A DNA stretch of 38,375 nt, from positions 1 to 38,375 of the forward strand of contig NW_021835809.1 in NCBI RefSeq assembly GCF_006345805.1, given 5' to 3'. Origin of the DNA: Octopus sinensis. Taxonomy: Eukaryota. Within the stretch, counting starts at the first letter, position 1. Each line of letters opens with the position of its first letter. Below, one piece after another: positions 37,800-38,375 of this stretch. Below the pieces are notes generated by a model. The model had not been told where the DNA came from, did not search any database, and saw only the letters and a program-made list of their open reading frames with translations. A program made the position numbers and the translations under genes.

Positions 37800-38375
37800 G
37801 TGATCATTGTCCATCTTTCTTTTCCTTCATCACTGTACTAAGGACCGGACTATTCTATCTCTCACTTCTATTTTTCTCTTTTCAAAGACAATATTTCTCC
37901 AGCGTTCACTATTTTCCTCTCGTTCTGGTCTAACGACCCTCATATTTGTTTTCGTTCGGTTTCCTTCTATGTCTCCACTGTCCTGTTTTTGTTCCCAATA
38001 TTGACCCTCCATAAACCAAAAATTTTATTTTGGTACTTATGAGAGCAACTCTCTTCGAAGACTCATATTGTCGTTCAATGTTCGAAATGAGGAGTAGATG
38101 GACTGCCTACAACTGATGAAGGGTCGTTCTTTGTGTTATTTGTCCTGTTTTCCATTTGTTTCTCTCGTTCTTTGCGTATTGAAATCATTTGTTGTCGTAT
38201 TTCATGGTGTTTGTTGTTGGTGACGTCCTGTACCCATTAACGCATATGTATATCTATCTATGTATATCTGCATATATGCATATGTATATTATATATATAT
38301 TTTTATATATTATTTGTTTATACATACACATACATACATACACACACACACCTAATACATACACACACATACATA

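Noticed and set aside
38045-38135. Hammerhead-like pieces (TCGAAGA..GAAA, then CTGATGA)
   Set aside because: The first core is corrupted and the second has no following GAAA; a valid fold cannot be assembled.

Overview
Eukaryotic, AT-rich, repeat-dense DNA. The SINE families and microsatellite load suggest an octopus or other coleoid cephalopod (inference). Bases 1-4288 are a variant telomeric (TTAGGG/CTAGGG)n array whose G-strand reads into the unique sequence, opposite to a normal left chromosome end, and it abuts a 5'-truncated SINE. The rest is a mosaic of microsatellites, tRNA-derived SINEs (some as tandem trimers), decayed Tc1/mariner and hAT elements, and LINE fragments (R4/Dong-like, Tx1/L1-like, RTE). 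It also holds a near-complete but frameshifted Neptune-type Penelope-like retroelement (PLE; RT + GIY-YIG). Two minus-strand exons splice in phase to encode one Ig domain of a host gene. The most notable non-coding signals are type I hammerhead ribozyme (HHR) motifs, including two identical intact ones placed divergently in a ~350-bp near-perfect palindrome, and five GACGTCA-N12-CCAAT composite motifs in the PLE 3' region. Nearly all other ORFs in the track are artefacts of simple repeats. No database search was run; family calls rest on motif recognition.
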